Assembly: GCA_040767195.1 (NCBI GenBank)
Contig: JAXGPA010000001.1
Coordinates: 128,001 to 192,000, forward strand
Length of the DNA stretch: 64,000 nt
Direction of reading: 5' to 3'
Origin: Syntrophales bacterium
GTDB taxonomy: Bacteria; Desulfobacterota; Syntrophia; Syntrophales; UBA6807
Translations under genes and position numbers: made by a program
In this document: positions 51,781-63,483 of the stretch, one piece after another
Layout of the letters: the number at the start of each line of letters is the position of its first letter
How positions within the stretch are numbered: the stretch's first letter is position 1
Notes under the pieces: generated by a model
Databases searched by the model: none
What the model saw: the letters and a program-made list of their open reading frames with translations, nothing else
Told to the model about the DNA's origin: nothing

Positions 51781-52555
51781 CCGCCGTCGACGGCAAATGA
51801 GAAAACCGGGTTCCATCCCCCGTTCGAATCCGTCCCGGTCGGCCTGGAAAAGGGGAAATTGGAGATCCGGCGACCGCTGAATTATGGGCCGCCTGGTTAA
51901 TTCGATGTCCCGTTTTCAAAAGCGCTTTTTGAAGATCGCCCTTTAGAAAAGCCCCCTGTTGGACGAGAAAGTCGGCGATGGCCGCCGCCATTCGGGCATA
52001 CCCTTTCCCGTTGGGGTGAATGTAATCGGCCTTGAGATCCCCCGATGACAGGATTTCCGTCAGCGTGTCCGCCAGGTAAGGGGTCTTCGTCTCTTCCGCC
52101 ACGGTTTTGTACACGGGCGACGTCCGAAGCCCGAGGCCCAAAGCGGGCACCCCGATGAGGACGACCTGGGCTCCCCCGTTCCGGATGATGGCGATCATGG
52201 TTTTCAGGTTCTCCGCCGTCCGCCGGAGATCCCGCCTTCGGAGCAAATCGTTCCCGCCATGACAGAGAATAACCAGGTCGGGCCTCACGGCGTCGAGAAC
52301 CGACGGAAGCCGCTTCAGCCCGGCTTCCGTCTCCTCCCCGGGCACCCCGGACCGGACTACACGCCGGCCCGTTATTCTCTCCAGCACCTCGGGGTAGCTC
52401 TGCCCCGCCGCCGCCCCGGTGCCGTAAGTGAGGCTGTCACCGAAAGCGAGGATCACGCCGTTTTCCGGGAGAAAATTCAGCGGCCCCTTTTCTCCCCCGC
52501 ATCCTCCGGGAAGAATCAGGGCGAAGACAATGAGTGCCAATAGCATCTTTTTCAT
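51710..52555 (-). CDS. GDSL/SGNH arylesterase (TesA-like), probable lipoprotein, with anomalous C-terminal extension
   Basis: GDSLTYG, GVPGE, GGNDLLR, DYIHPN; signal MKKMLLALIVFALILPGGC. Confidence 0.83.
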   Translation of the reverse strand: MKKMLLALIVFALILPGGCGGEKGPLNFLPENGVILAFGDSLTYGTGAAAGQSYPEVLERITGRRVVRSGVPGEETEAGLKRLPSVLDAVRPDLVILCHGGNDLLRRRDLRRTAENLKTMIAIIRNGGAQVVLIGVPALGLGLRTSPVYKTVAEETKTPYLADTLTEILSSGDLKADYIHPNGKGYARMAAAIADFLVQQGAFLKGDLQKALLKTGHRINQAAHNSAVAGSPISPFPGRPGRIRTGDGTRFSHLPSTAVTEQVSVGRPVPFPTGREGRFLP

Positions 52556-52864
52556 CGATTCCCCCTGCCTGTCGAGCGGAACCGGTTGGCGGCACGGGGC
52601 GGTGCGCCTCCGACCCGCCCTTCCAAGCGATTTCGGCGGATTTATCTCAATCTCAGAAACGTCATAATCCTTTTGATTTTTCATGTCCCCTTGTTTATTA
52701 TCCTCCGTAACTATTTTTTTCAAGGCGCAGGAGGTACGTCCTTGATGAAAGGAGACCCTTCCCTCAACCCCGCGGGAGGGGAAAGAAAGCGTCGACCCTG
52801 AAGGAAGAAGCGCTCAGGATTGTTTTTAACCGAGTATGAACAGGTGTTCCCATGGGAGGAAACC

Positions 52865-54406
52865 ATGAACCGTCTTCTCAAAAAAGTTTTTTTGCCTTTT
52901 GCCGCCATCCTGCTCCTCATCCCGGGATGCTCCAGCAATGACGATTCATCCGCCGGCAGCCCGTCCGCCGCCGTCGAGGCCTATGTCCAGAAAATTACCG
53001 ATGACCTGACTTCCCGGGGATTCGATGTCATGAGAGGCTATTTCAAGCTTTACACGCAGGATGACTGTTCCTACTCCTATGAAAAGATGAAAAGCTGCTT
53101 CGGCAACAATCCCGCCGCACCTTACGTTCTCCCGATCGTACCGCTGTGGCCGGACGAATTCGCCGATCCGGCGACCCACTGGGTCTTCGGCCCGACGAAG
53201 GACGGGCACGAAGCCACCTACCGGTTCGATCCGAGGGAAGCGGTCGTCATCGTCGGTTTTCTCCCTCCCCCGGCGGCTTACATGGGACTGCAGACCTACC
53301 TGTTCACCCGGGAAGGCACCTTCGACACGGAAAGTGCCACCTATCAGTTCATCGCAAATAATTTCCCGGGCTTTCTCGATTTCCTCTTCTCCAAGGTCCC
53401 CGAAAACCCGGATCGCCTTCTCATGCTTGCGAGCCTGAGCAACAGCAACAACAACGTCGTCATCGAGAGGCAGTCGGGCGGTGCTTTCGGCCGGCTGCGG
53501 TTCTTTATCATCACGCCCGACCAGGTCATGGATGACGCGGTGAGAAACAGCCTGACGAGGATATCCGTGGACAGCGAAGACGTTTTCACGGAACCCATTC
53601 CCTTGACGATGCGGACGGGTCTCGATGAACAAGCCGATGATTTCGTGACGGTCATGCGCTATGCCATGCCTGAAAACGACGTCGACGCCGAGTCGTGGAG
53701 AAAGGACCTGCCCCTAGTCGCCCTTCGCGTCAGGGATGCCCGGAGCGACCGCGCCGCCGTTTCTTATCCCCCTGTCGTCATCGATACCAGAACGGCGAAA
53801 CCCGAGGCCGGGCTGGAAAAGGACCTCACCGACCTGGTCGTCGAAATCAACAGGACCTGGGGCCAGCCCTGCTCGGAGAGCGACTGCTCCGACCGCTCCT
53901 TCACCTTCATCGACATGCAGCGGCCTCCCGTCAATCTCGTGGGGCCCGCCTGCACGGAAATCGGAATGAACTGCCTCGGCGACACCCAGGACACGACCTA
54001 CCAGGCGACGTTCAACCTGGGCCTCGACGCCGGAGAGATCTACGCCGTCGCCGGCACGCTCGGCACGGAAACGGGAAACGCCGTCTATGTGGGCCTTTCC
54101 GTCAACGAAAGCGCCATGCTGGAAGGGATCGAGAACATTGAAAACGGTATTCTCAAAAATACCGCGAGCCGGTATGCCGGCACGGTGAACAACACGGACA
54201 AGCTCTACGTGTATTACCTGACCCGGGACTGCTCAGGCCTCGACGACCTCACCGACGGGAACTGTTTTTCCGTTTCCGAAGACGTCATCCCCGTGTCCGA
54301 TTTCTTCAAGCTCATTCAACGCCTTTACATACACAGGGGAACCCAGCGCGGCCCCGACTCAACGCTCACCCTTCCGCCCCGGCTCATCATGCTGAAGAGG
54401 AATTGA
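52865..54406 (+). CDS. Hypothetical Cys-rich lipoprotein
   Basis: GGAGG RBS; MNRLLKKVFLPFAAILLLIPG-C lipobox; 513 aa. Confidence 0.75.
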   Translation: MNRLLKKVFLPFAAILLLIPGCSSNDDSSAGSPSAAVEAYVQKITDDLTSRGFDVMRGYFKLYTQDDCSYSYEKMKSCFGNNPAAPYVLPIVPLWPDEFADPATHWVFGPTKDGHEATYRFDPREAVVIVGFLPPPAAYMGLQTYLFTREGTFDTESATYQFIANNFPGFLDFLFSKVPENPDRLLMLASLSNSNNNVVIERQSGGAFGRLRFFIITPDQVMDDAVRNSLTRISVDSEDVFTEPIPLTMRTGLDEQADDFVTVMRYAMPENDVDAESWRKDLPLVALRVRDARSDRAAVSYPPVVIDTRTAKPEAGLEKDLTDLVVEINRTWGQPCSESDCSDRSFTFIDMQRPPVNLVGPACTEIGMNCLGDTQDTTYQATFNLGLDAGEIYAVAGTLGTETGNAVYVGLSVNESAMLEGIENIENGILKNTASRYAGTVNNTDKLYVYYLTRDCSGLDDLTDGNCFSVSEDVIPVSDFFKLIQRLYIHRGTQRGPDSTLTLPPRLIMLKRN

Positions 54407-54541
54407 CAGCCGGGGGAGTGACAGCGGAAACACTATCAAGGTGCGGTCCCGGCCCGGTGTGAAAAGCGGGTCCGGGACCGCATCTTCGAAAAGGGTTCTT
54501 CCCGCAGTCCAGACCGGTGAAAACAAAAGGCGCCGGTGCCG

Positions 54542-55885
54542 TCAGGTTCCGGCCACCCCGTACTGATCCTCGGCAAAAGGAAGCAGCCCCAGGTGCTCCA
54601 GGCGGTCCAAAGGAACCCGGAACGTGACCTGGACAACCCCGGGATGGCGGCCGATTTCGATGGCCCCCGTTACGGTGGCCCGGTTCAGGACCTCGGGAAG
54701 GGGCATTTTGAAAAGCTTCGCCGCCCGGGCCAGGCCGTTGTCGGTCGCGGCATTCAGATTTGCCCCCGTGCCGATGACGGAAACGGGAACCGTCTCTTCC
54801 AGGACATCCAGTCCCCACATCCGGGCCAGGCGCTCCGCCTCTTTCCTCTCCTTCCCGGACAGGGGCCGTGCCAGGAAGGGCAGATCCTCGAGGATCGGGA
54901 AAAGAACGGGGCCCTCCAGTTTCAACCCCTTGACCAGGTGGACCTGCACCGTGATCGTGCCGGCAACATCGACGGTGTGACCGGCGATTTCACCGTCTCC
55001 CTGAAGGGCGTGCATGTCGCCCATGTAGACGCCGCCTCCCGGCACTTTCACCGGGCAGACCAGGATGGCGCCGGCCCGGACGGCATCGATATCCATGTGA
55101 CCGTCCGTGCGTTTTTCCAGCTCCTCGGCGGTGAGGCCGTAATCATGGGGGGCATTGATCAGGAAAGACCCGAAATCCCCCGCATTGTGGGAGTCCGGGA
55201 TGGGAACGGCAGGGGTGGTCCCCAGCTGTCCCATGAAGGGCCGAAGACGGGCGACAATCCCCACCAGGTCGTGGGGAGCGAACGTGAGGATCGGGTGCTG
55301 TACGGAATGTTCGGGAAGCGATGAAAAGTGGCCGGCCTGACGGGCGATTTTTTCCGCCCCCTTGCGGTCCAGGGTCAGGCCGAGGGTGTAATTGCCGTCA
55401 AAAACCATCGTGTAGCCGCTGGTGAAGGTGAACGGGGAAATTTCCTCCCCGCAGGCGGCGCAGCGGACCGCTTTCCGTCCGATGCCCTTGACGATCGTTT
55501 TGGGATGCATGGTGTCACAGTGAGGACAGCGGCGGGCCACGTAGGGGTCCCCGACGAAACGGTCCGCCGAGACGACGGTGTCGTTGCCGGAAGCGGCGGC
55601 CAGGGACGTCACCGTTATGTTTTTGATCCGGATGACGACGGCGTCCCCCGGCTCCGCGCCCTCCACGGCCACAGGCCTTGTCACCTCGTGTCCTCCCTTG
55701 ATTTCCGGCGTGATCATCGGTCCCCAGCAGCCCGGCACCGTGTTCGCCACGATATGGCCGCCGTCCCGGACAGGCCCCAGCATGGGTTTTCCGGGATCGA
55801 GAATCCCGTCGGTAAACTGGTTCACAAACACCGTCGCCGGGCATTTCGACGCCCGCTTTTTAACCGAACGCCTCGCGGTTTTCAT
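54542..55885 (-). CDS. Acetamidase/formamidase family protein
   Basis: PVAVEGAEPGD, DGHMDID, GDMHALQGDGEI; CPHC/CAAC insertion. Confidence 0.85.
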   Translation of the reverse strand: MKTARRSVKKRASKCPATVFVNQFTDGILDPGKPMLGPVRDGGHIVANTVPGCWGPMITPEIKGGHEVTRPVAVEGAEPGDAVVIRIKNITVTSLAAASGNDTVVSADRFVGDPYVARRCPHCDTMHPKTIVKGIGRKAVRCAACGEEISPFTFTSGYTMVFDGNYTLGLTLDRKGAEKIARQAGHFSSLPEHSVQHPILTFAPHDLVGIVARLRPFMGQLGTTPAVPIPDSHNAGDFGSFLINAPHDYGLTAEELEKRTDGHMDIDAVRAGAILVCPVKVPGGGVYMGDMHALQGDGEIAGHTVDVAGTITVQVHLVKGLKLEGPVLFPILEDLPFLARPLSGKERKEAERLARMWGLDVLEETVPVSVIGTGANLNAATDNGLARAAKLFKMPLPEVLNRATVTGAIEIGRHPGVVQVTFRVPLDRLEHLGLLPFAEDQYGVAGT

Positions 55886-55978
55886 CGCCCTTTCTCCTTT
55901 CTCCATTAAACGTCCGTTTCTTTCCACCTGCCCCGAGAGGGGAACACTTCCACGGTAACCCCTTGCTTTTACAAGATG

Positions 55979-56007
55979 AGTATAATGGCGGGCTTTTTCC
56001 GTGTCAA
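55979..56007 (-). promoter_or_regulatory. Sigma70 promoter of the amidase gene
   Basis: Minus strand TTGACA-17 nt-TATACT. Confidence 0.6.
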
Positions 56008-56415
56008 CACGAAACCGGGGAGAAGACCGGCGCAACCGACGGGAATCGCGGCAAAGCCATACAACCGGACCGGGTTGTCCGGCGGGCGGTGAGGCGTGGA
56101 AATATCTTTTTCCCTTTTCATAAGAACGTTTCAATCGGGCGGTTAAAGTGCCCGGCGGATTGACGGACCGATAAAAAACACATATCTATTGAAACAGCAG
56201 GCATGCAAATGGCGCAGGAAGCAAAGCGGTAATCGCAGGAATATTTCAAAAAGCCCGTCTGAATCAAAGGCATTACGGCGGGACGCAGGGGAACCGGGAA
56301 ATGAAACGAACGCTCCCGGCCTTGGAAGGAATCCGATTCGACGGAAAGAACCGGGCCTGCAAGGAACGTTATGTCACCTTCAGAAAAACCTGATACGGGA
56401 AGGGAGGGGATCGCC

Positions 56416-57294
56416 TTGAAAACAGAACTCAGCCCGGAAACAAGAAAAAAAATTTTGGCGGCACAGCGAAACGAGCTGACGGAACACTTTTTTTACCTGA
56501 AACTGTCCAATGCGGTGAAAAACCCCGAAAGCCGGGATGTCCTGAAAAAGCTGGCCCAGGACGAACTGGCCCACTACCGGTTCTGGAAGGGAATCACGGG
56601 AACGGATGTGAAGGCGTCCGGGTTCAAGCTCTGGTTCTTTTACATCATCTCCCTTGTCTTCGGGATCACCTTCGGAATCAAGCTCATGGAAAAGGGGGAA
56701 GACAGGGCACAAAACAACTACCATGACCTGGCATCCATCATCCCGGAGGCGAGCAGAATCGCCGAGGAAGAAGGCGACCACGAAAAAATGCTTGTTGAAC
56801 TCATCGACGAAGAACGACTCCGGTACGTCGGTTCCATCGTCCTCGGGCTGAATGACGCCCTCGTCGAGCTGACCGGGGCGCTCGCGGGATTCACCCTGGC
56901 ACTCCAGAACACCCGGTTGACAGCCATGATGGGTCTCATAACCGGAATCGCCGCATCCCTGTCCATGGCCGCCTCGGAATACCTGTCGACCAAATCGGAA
57001 GGAAACGGCCGTCATCCCGTGAAGGCCAGTTTCTACACGGGCGCCGCCTACATGGCGACGGTCTTCCTCCTCGTTCTCCCTTTTTTCATCCTCAGCCATT
57101 ACATGGCCGCCCTGGGCCTGACGCTCCTCAGCGGGCTCCTCGTCATTGTCGTCTTTTCCTATTACACGTCCGTCGCGAAAGACCTGCCCTTCTGGAGCCG
57201 TTTTTTCGAGATGGCGGCCATCAGCCTCGGCGTGGCGGCGCTCAGTTTCGGCATCGGGTATCTCGTCAGGCATTTCATGGGAATCGAAATATAG
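56416..57294 (+). CDS. Rubrerythrin-like + VIT1/CCC1 membrane protein (MbfA-like iron exporter)
   Basis: N-terminal E..DELAH / E..EGDH diiron motifs; VLGLNDALVELTG, SMAASEYLS; TTG start after GGAGG. Confidence 0.82.
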   Translation: MKTELSPETRKKILAAQRNELTEHFFYLKLSNAVKNPESRDVLKKLAQDELAHYRFWKGITGTDVKASGFKLWFFYIISLVFGITFGIKLMEKGEDRAQNNYHDLASIIPEASRIAEEEGDHEKMLVELIDEERLRYVGSIVLGLNDALVELTGALAGFTLALQNTRLTAMMGLITGIAASLSMAASEYLSTKSEGNGRHPVKASFYTGAAYMATVFLLVLPFFILSHYMAALGLTLLSGLLVIVVFSYYTSVAKDLPFWSRFFEMAAISLGVAALSFGIGYLVRHFMGIEI

Positions 57295-57529
57295 AGGAAC
57301 GGGCAGCCCTTTCCAAATTGTTTTTTTCATCCTTTTGTGAGAAGAGTTCAAAGGGGAATTCGAATACCCGCTTCGGGAGATGGCAACATGAAACGCTTTT
57401 TTGTCCTTGTCCTGGCCGCAGGATTCCAAAAAAATGATCCCGGTCGGTTTGATTTTGACGGAACGGGGCATTATATTGCAGGTGGCGCTCACAAGGCGAT
57501 AAACTCAAAAAGAGAGGCGCAGGAATCCC

Positions 57530-59338
<1,809 letters not shown>

Positions 59339-59347
59339 TATTTCCCG

Positions 59348-59377
59348 TTGACAGGACCGGGAGTTTCTCCCTATAGT
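59348..59377 (+). promoter_or_regulatory. Sigma70-like promoter of the gpsA-like gene
   Basis: TTGACA-18 nt-TATAGT. Confidence 0.55.
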
Positions 59378-59485
59378 TCAGCCTGTCCCCCCGAACGGTA
59401 AGGAGGGCGTCGTCCCCGGGATATCGGCCCGTTTACACGAAAACCCGGGGAAACGGGGTTTAAAGACGTAACGGATAACGCATTC

Positions 59486-60685
59486 ATGAGAGACCTGACA
59501 CTTGAACGGGTAGCCATCGTCGGACCGGGGCGCCTGGGAACGGCCCTGTCCTATAAATTCGCCCGGGACGGCAAGGAGGTGGCCCTGTATTACCACAATG
59601 CGGATTTCTGTCGCGAACTCAACGAGACCCGCCTCAACCCCCGTCATCTCACGAAAGACCTGGCCAGGCTTTCGGGGACCCTTGAAAAGGTCCCCAGGCT
59701 CCCGAATAACGTTCAGGCGACGAACGACCTGGAAAAGATCGTGGAGGAAAACGACACGGTCGTCCTCTCCGTCACCATGCAGCGACTGCCCGATGTGCTC
59801 ACCTATCTGAAGCCGCTCATGGCACAGAAAAAAAAACCGACCCTCCTCATCTCCCCCATCAAGGGCCTCGCCTCCGATGAAAAGACAAAGTCCCTCGTCA
59901 CCCCGTCCCAGGTCATTCAGAACCACCTGTTCGACATTCCGCACAAATATGAGCTTCTGTGCATCGGGGGACCTTTTTTCGATGTCGACATCGCCCTGGG
60001 GAAACCCGTCTGTGTCACCATCGCGGGAAACAAGAAGACGGCCCGGACCGTGAAAAAAGAGCTGATCGAACTGAACCGGAGGGAACTGGCCGCTTTTTAC
60101 AATTTCGACATGATCGGCGTGGAAGCCTGCGGGGCCCTGAAAAATATCGTGGCCAATCTCAAGGGCGTTTTTCAGGGCATCCACCTGGGCAATTCCATTC
60201 CTGGAACGCTCTTCGCAAGGTCCGGCGTGGAAATCCGGTCGCTCTCCAAAATTCTCGGGGGCAGTTTCCAGTCTTTTTACAGCCAGGCGGGCGTCGGGGA
60301 TATGTATGTCACCCTGTCGTCGGACGCCAGCAAGAATTACCGGTACGGCGTCCTGTATTACGAGAACTACACGGGGAACCCCGTGGAAACCCACATGAAG
60401 GTGCTGGAAAAAATCGACGGCACGCCGGAAGGGCCGAACACCATCCGAAACGTTCACCTCTACCTGGAACGAAAAAACATGTACAGTCCCCTCTTCCACT
60501 GCGCTTTCAAGATATTCAACGAAATCCGGAAAAAAGATGAGATCGAGGAGCGGATCATCCAGGCCTGTCAGTTCGACCAGAGGGAAAAGGAATACATCGG
60601 AATCTTCTCGCGAGTCCTGTACCGCCTGTTCCCGGCCCTGTGGTATCGCCGCCACAAGGGAATCCTGTCCAGGTTTCAGATCTGA
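59486..60685 (+). CDS. NAD(P)H-dependent glycerol-3-phosphate dehydrogenase family protein (divergent)
   Basis: GPGRLGTAL, PIKGL, GVEACGALKNIVA, GVGDMYVT, PEG. Confidence 0.75.
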   Translation: MRDLTLERVAIVGPGRLGTALSYKFARDGKEVALYYHNADFCRELNETRLNPRHLTKDLARLSGTLEKVPRLPNNVQATNDLEKIVEENDTVVLSVTMQRLPDVLTYLKPLMAQKKKPTLLISPIKGLASDEKTKSLVTPSQVIQNHLFDIPHKYELLCIGGPFFDVDIALGKPVCVTIAGNKKTARTVKKELIELNRRELAAFYNFDMIGVEACGALKNIVANLKGVFQGIHLGNSIPGTLFARSGVEIRSLSKILGGSFQSFYSQAGVGDMYVTLSSDASKNYRYGVLYYENYTGNPVETHMKVLEKIDGTPEGPNTIRNVHLYLERKNMYSPLFHCAFKIFNEIRKKDEIEERIIQACQFDQREKEYIGIFSRVLYRLFPALWYRRHKGILSRFQI

Positions 60686-60802
60686 CGGGATCTTTTGAAG
60701 GAGTGCCCTGTTCCCCCCGAAAACTTTGGAAAGCACGGGCCAGCCGCTGAAAAGCTGGGGGGCGGGGAAGTGAAAAGCCCTTGACCGGTCGAACGACCGT
60801 TT

Positions 60803-61735
60803 TCAGCTTCGTCTCGATTTGTGTGTTTCCTCTATTTTCTTCAATGTTCCCAGATACCGGTCACGATATTCCAGGCCCTTCTGGTTGGAGATGTCGTCCA
60901 TGAGGAGGGCCGCCTGGGGAAGGATGTCGATTCCGTATCGATTCAGTCCTTTCCTGTCGGCCTCGTCGAGAATCAGAATGGAATAATACTTGACGAGGAT
61001 TCGCGTCCGGGAATCCCGGCGGGCCAGGTAGGCCTTCCCACCGAGGGTTTCGAGAAAAAAAGAGGAATAGATGTAAAGATCCTTGAGGGACGTTCGGATT
61101 TCAGGGTTTCTCTCCTGAACGCCCGCCATGATCCATTCGTATAAAAGCTCGAAGAGGGGCTCCGTGGCCTCCTTTTCCTCGTTCAGAACAGCCTTGGCGA
61201 GGGCGATTCTCTTTCCCTTCAATTCCCGGTAAAAGTGGGCAGTGTTCTTCATCAGGATGTACACATCCCTCGTCTCCCCGGATATGACGGGCGGATTCCG
61301 GGAAAGCAGGGTGATCGCCCAGAGAAGGGTATCGTAAACGCCGCCTTCCAGACGATAGGATTCCACGTAGGGCTGGTGATCCAGATAGTCGCAGAAAAGA
61401 ATGACTTCCTTTTGAAGGGCCCCGTATAAATCGCCGTCCCGGGGGGCGCCCGCCCCCTGAGGGCCTTTCCCTCTGAAGGCACCGTTTTCTTTCAACAGCC
61501 CTTCGCTGATCTTTTTTCTAAAGACACCGTCGTGGGTCGTCCCTTCCCTTTCCCCGGAATCTTTTTCCTGGAGCAGGGAAAGAGGGTTGCCCGTTTCGAT
61601 GAAACGATGTCCCCTCTCCTGGACTTCATTCCAGTTGACGGCCAGAAACCCGCCCCCCACTACCAGGAGAAAGATGACGACCATCCACAGGGTCCCCTTC
61701 CCGCCAGACATGTCGCCCCTCGTTTCTTTTTCCAT
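60803..61735 (-). CDS. Hypothetical membrane-anchored protein
   Basis: 310 aa ORF with a single N-terminal TM helix. Confidence 0.65.
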   Translation of the reverse strand: MEKETRGDMSGGKGTLWMVVIFLLVVGGGFLAVNWNEVQERGHRFIETGNPLSLLQEKDSGEREGTTHDGVFRKKISEGLLKENGAFRGKGPQGAGAPRDGDLYGALQKEVILFCDYLDHQPYVESYRLEGGVYDTLLWAITLLSRNPPVISGETRDVYILMKNTAHFYRELKGKRIALAKAVLNEEKEATEPLFELLYEWIMAGVQERNPEIRTSLKDLYIYSSFFLETLGGKAYLARRDSRTRILVKYYSILILDEADRKGLNRYGIDILPQAALLMDDISNQKGLEYRDRYLGTLKKIEETHKSRRS

Positions 61736-62011
61736 GTCTCACCTGAGTGACGAATCTTTGAACAGCCCCATAGGAAACGGATGTATGTGGGTTTCCAGGG
61801 GGCCTTTATCAGCGTTTCCACGGCTGAACAAAAGGCCCCAGGAAGGCATGCGTCGGCTGTGACAACCAATTATTTTTCATCATTATGAAAAAAGCCCGAT
61901 GCTGTCAAGGTGAAACAGGGAAGGACTCGGTGCCTTTAATATTTCGTTGACATCATTTTCCGGGAAAGATAAGAGACATGCGAAAAAAACAGCCACAGAA
62001 GAGAGCGAATC

Positions 62012-63070
62012 ATGAAGATAAAGAACCTTTTGGTAACGGGCGGATGCGGTTTTATCGGCAGCAATTTCATCCGGTACCTCCTGGATAGGCCCGATTGCCC
62101 GGACAGGATCATCAATGTGGACAGGCTGACCTATGCGGGAAACCCGGAAAACCTGATCGACATTCCCGCCAGGTATCCCGACCGCTACGTTTTTGAACGG
62201 GCGGACATCTGCGACTTCGAGGGCTTGAAAGAGATCTTTGAAAAATACGAGGCCGACGGTGTCTGTCATTTTGCCGCCGAATCCCACGTGGATCGATCCA
62301 TCAAGCGGCCGGGAGCCTTTGTTCACACCAATATCATCGGTACTTACAACCTGCTGGAAATCGCCCGGGCCGTCCCGGACCGTTTTGTCCTCTTCCACCA
62401 CGTCAGCACCGACGAGGTTTACGGGAGCCTGGGGAAACGGGGCTATTTCCGGGAAAGCACACCCTACCGCCCCAGCAGCCCCTACTCGGCCTCCAAGGCT
62501 TCCTCGGACCACCTGGTCCGGGCCTATTACAGGACATTCGGGGTTCCCGTGACGATCTCGAACTGTTCCAACAATTACGGTCCCTACCAGTTTCCGGAAA
62601 AGCTCATCCCTCTCATGATTCTCTACGCCCTCCGGGGCAAGGCTCTCCCCGTTTACGGTGACGGCAAAAACGTCAGGGACTGGCTCTACGTGGAGGACCA
62701 CTGCGACGCCGTCTGGAGGATCATGCAATCGGGCAAAAAAGGGCAGACCTACAACATCGGGGGAAACATGGAGATGGAAAACATCGCCATCGTCGAGATG
62801 ATCTGCGATATCCTCGATGATCGGGTCGGCCTCCTGAATGGGGGCCCCCGCCGGCGTCTCATCTCTTTTGTCAAGGACCGGCCGGGCCATGACAGGCGGT
62901 ACGCCATCGACGCCACGAAGATCCAGAAGAATCTCGGCTGGACACCCCGGGAGTCTTTCCTCACGGGGCTGGGAAAAACCATCCAGTGGTATCTCGATCA
63001 TCCCCGTTGGGTCGAGAGAATCCAAACGGGTGAATACCAGTCATGGATCAAAGAACAGTATGACCCATGA
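62012..63070 (+). CDS. rfbB: dTDP-glucose 4,6-dehydratase
   Basis: VTGGCGFIGS, AAESHVDRSI, STDEVYG, YSASK, DRPGHDRRY. Confidence 0.93.
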   Translation: MKIKNLLVTGGCGFIGSNFIRYLLDRPDCPDRIINVDRLTYAGNPENLIDIPARYPDRYVFERADICDFEGLKEIFEKYEADGVCHFAAESHVDRSIKRPGAFVHTNIIGTYNLLEIARAVPDRFVLFHHVSTDEVYGSLGKRGYFRESTPYRPSSPYSASKASSDHLVRAYYRTFGVPVTISNCSNNYGPYQFPEKLIPLMILYALRGKALPVYGDGKNVRDWLYVEDHCDAVWRIMQSGKKGQTYNIGGNMEMENIAIVEMICDILDDRVGLLNGGPRRRLISFVKDRPGHDRRYAIDATKIQKNLGWTPRESFLTGLGKTIQWYLDHPRWVERIQTGEYQSWIKEQYDP

Positions 63071-63168
63071 AAGCCGGGCTTCGCAACAGCCTCCATAGGT
63101 CCTCGAGAGCGTTTTTCTCGGCTTTATGAAAAGCGGCGGAACCCTGGCCGCAATACCGCCGGGCAAGG

Positions 63169-63456
63169 TTACAAGCTCACCAGCCGCAAGGGTTTCACAT
63201 CGATTTCCCGCCACACGCCGCCGGTTACGTATGGGTCGGCCCTGAGCCAATCTTCCAGATCCTGCCGGGACGGGAAATCCATGAAAATGACCGATCCGAT
63301 CATTCCCCCTTCATCATCGAGAATGGCTCCCCCGTGAAGGAAGTGACCAAGCTCCCTCATCCTTTTCACATTCTCCAGGTGAGCCGGCCGGGCTTTCGCT
63401 CTCCGTTCCGCCGCCCCTTCGTCCCTGCCATCATAAGCCGTGACCAGAAACTGCAT
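63169..63456 (-). CDS. YciI family protein
   Basis: RPAHL, GGAILDD, GS, DPY. Confidence 0.85.
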   Translation of the reverse strand: MQFLVTAYDGRDEGAAERRAKARPAHLENVKRMRELGHFLHGGAILDDEGGMIGSVIFMDFPSRQDLEDWLRADPYVTGGVWREIDVKPLRLVSL

Positions 63457-63483
63457 AAGCCCTCTCTCTTTAGCTCCAGCGCT

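Noticed and set aside
51795..51850. GTTCGAATCC T-loop-like motif (similar one near 1920) as tRNA or tRNA-Sec
   Set aside because: No acceptor, D or anticodon stems could be built around it.
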